Source: Octopus vulgaris
Taxonomy: Eukaryota
NCBI GenBank assembly: GCA_951406725.2
Contig: OX597819.1
Coordinates: forward strand, 54,932,001 to 54,996,000
Direction: 5' to 3'
DNA length: 64,000 nt
The position numbers were made by a program, and so were the translations under genes. The notes below the pieces were generated by a model that was not told the origin of the DNA, did not search any database, and saw only the letters and a program-made list of their open reading frames with translations. This document shows positions 62,791 to 64,000 of this stretch, piece by piece; position 1 is the stretch's first letter; every line of letters starts with the position of its first letter.

Positions 62791-63000
62791 TTCTTTCTTC
62801 TTTTTTTCATTACTTTCTTCATATTTGGATCATACAGTAACTAAAATTAAACCAAGAGAGAGATCAATATTCAACTTCCTAATGATACCTGTGGGGCAGC
62901 TGATGATGGAGGTATGTTGGATCGTTAGCATGGCTGTGGAATAGTAGTATAACACATCATTCTGTATGTATGTATGTATGTATGTATGTATGTATGTATG

Positions 63001-63045
<45 letters not shown>

Positions 63046-63144
63046 GGCGTAAGTCAAGAAACGATGATGAGTGGAAGTTTTGTAAATCTTACACTATTTT
63101 CTATGACCCTATTATACCCCAAAAACTTAGTTATATTTAATATA

Positions 63145-63154
<10 letters not shown>

Positions 63155-63214
<60 letters not shown>
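63155..63214. repeat. (AAT)n microsatellite
   Basis: Read directly. Confidence 0.95.
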
Positions 63215-63215
<1 letters not shown>

Positions 63216-63319
63216 CTAGGGAATATGATTCCAAACTTACAGGGAAAAATTCAATTTAGTAGTTCTTCTCTAATTTATACACACACACACACACACGCAC
63301 ATATATATATATATATACA

Positions 63320-63645
63320 ACAAATCGACTCCAGGACTTATTCTTTGTAAGCCTAGTACTTATTCTATCGGTTTTATTTGCCGAACCGCTCAGTTACGTG
63401 GACGTAAATACACCAGCATCGGTTGTCAAGCGATGTTGGGGGGGGGGACAAACACAGACACGCAAACACACACATGCACGCGCGCGCGCACACACACACA
63501 CATATAAACGATGGGCTTCGTTCAGTTTCCATCAACCAAATCCCCTCACAAGGCATAGTCGGCCCGAGGCTATAGTAAAAGACAGTTGTCAAGGTGCCAC
63601 CATATGGTTGGTAACCAAGTGACTTACCACACAGCCACTCCTGCG
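63320..63645 (-). mobile_element. SINE family A
   Basis: Reverse complement of the family A consensus. Confidence 0.88.
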
Positions 63646-63660
63646 CTCCCAACATATATA

Positions 63661-63870
63661 TTGGGTCATCCCATAAATAATGCGGTTTTTTAATACTTCT
63701 TTTTATTTTTCAAAATTAAGATAAAAAAAATTCTTTCTTAATTCTAAATAACCTCTCCTTTTAATCTAAAATACACTCTGCTTTTATAGCAAGTTGATGC
63801 AGGTAGTTTTTAACCCGTACCCCTTCCGACTTTAATAATAAAAAAACCCGCACTATTTGCGGGACGACCA
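63661..63870. mobile_element. Tc1/mariner-type MITE
   Basis: Imperfect TIRs tgggtcatcccataaataatgcggtttttt / aaaaaacccgcactatttgcgggacgacca, with TA flanks. Confidence 0.7.
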
Positions 63871-63896
63871 TATATATATATATATATATATATATT

Positions 63897-64000
63897 GATA
63901 GAAATGGCAAGACAAGAAAAGAATGAAAGAGACATCGATATTATGCAAATAGATGCGACAATTATTCGGTAGCCATGATAATTACTCCATGAGTTTCCGC
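63897..64000 (-). mobile_element. Second copy of the 3090-3250 hammerhead element, cut by the window end
   Basis: gatagaaa...aaaagaatgaaagaga.atcgatattatg.aaataga...ggtagccatgata..actcc..gagtttc aligns with 3091-3205. Both follow a (TA)n tract. Confidence 0.75.

Overview
This is AT-rich, repeat-dense animal genomic DNA. The SINE families, microsatellite load and gene structure suggest an octopus/cephalopod genome (inference). One host gene is supported: the 3' part of a fascin (singed/FSCN) gene on the + strand, with three spliced coding exons (7899-8058, 22592-22896, 36416-36621), two long introns (about 14.5 and 13.5 kb) and a probable 2.2 kb 3' UTR ending near an AATAAA at 38830. Its 5' exon(s) lie upstream of the window. 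Almost all other ORFs in the track are microsatellite or SINE artefacts. The rest consists of tRNA-derived SINEs (at least 3 families), RTE and R4/Dong-type LINE fragments, hAT, mariner and piggyBac MITEs, Helitron/Helentron-type elements, a 28S rRNA pseudogenic fragment and a Penelope-like (GIY-YIG) fragment. The most interesting signal is a dispersed set of about 10 type I hammerhead ribozyme motifs (intact or decayed). Most sit in short microsatellite-embedded elements, some with fold-back inverted ends. One lies directly behind the Penelope endonuclease ORF and one is joined to a tRNA-derived Pol III head (a candidate ribozyme-bearing SINE or retrozyme). A shift from CpG-decayed to CpG-retaining repeats near 44.8 kb looks like a fossil gene-body methylation boundary. 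All coordinates were read by eye and repeat boundaries are approximate.
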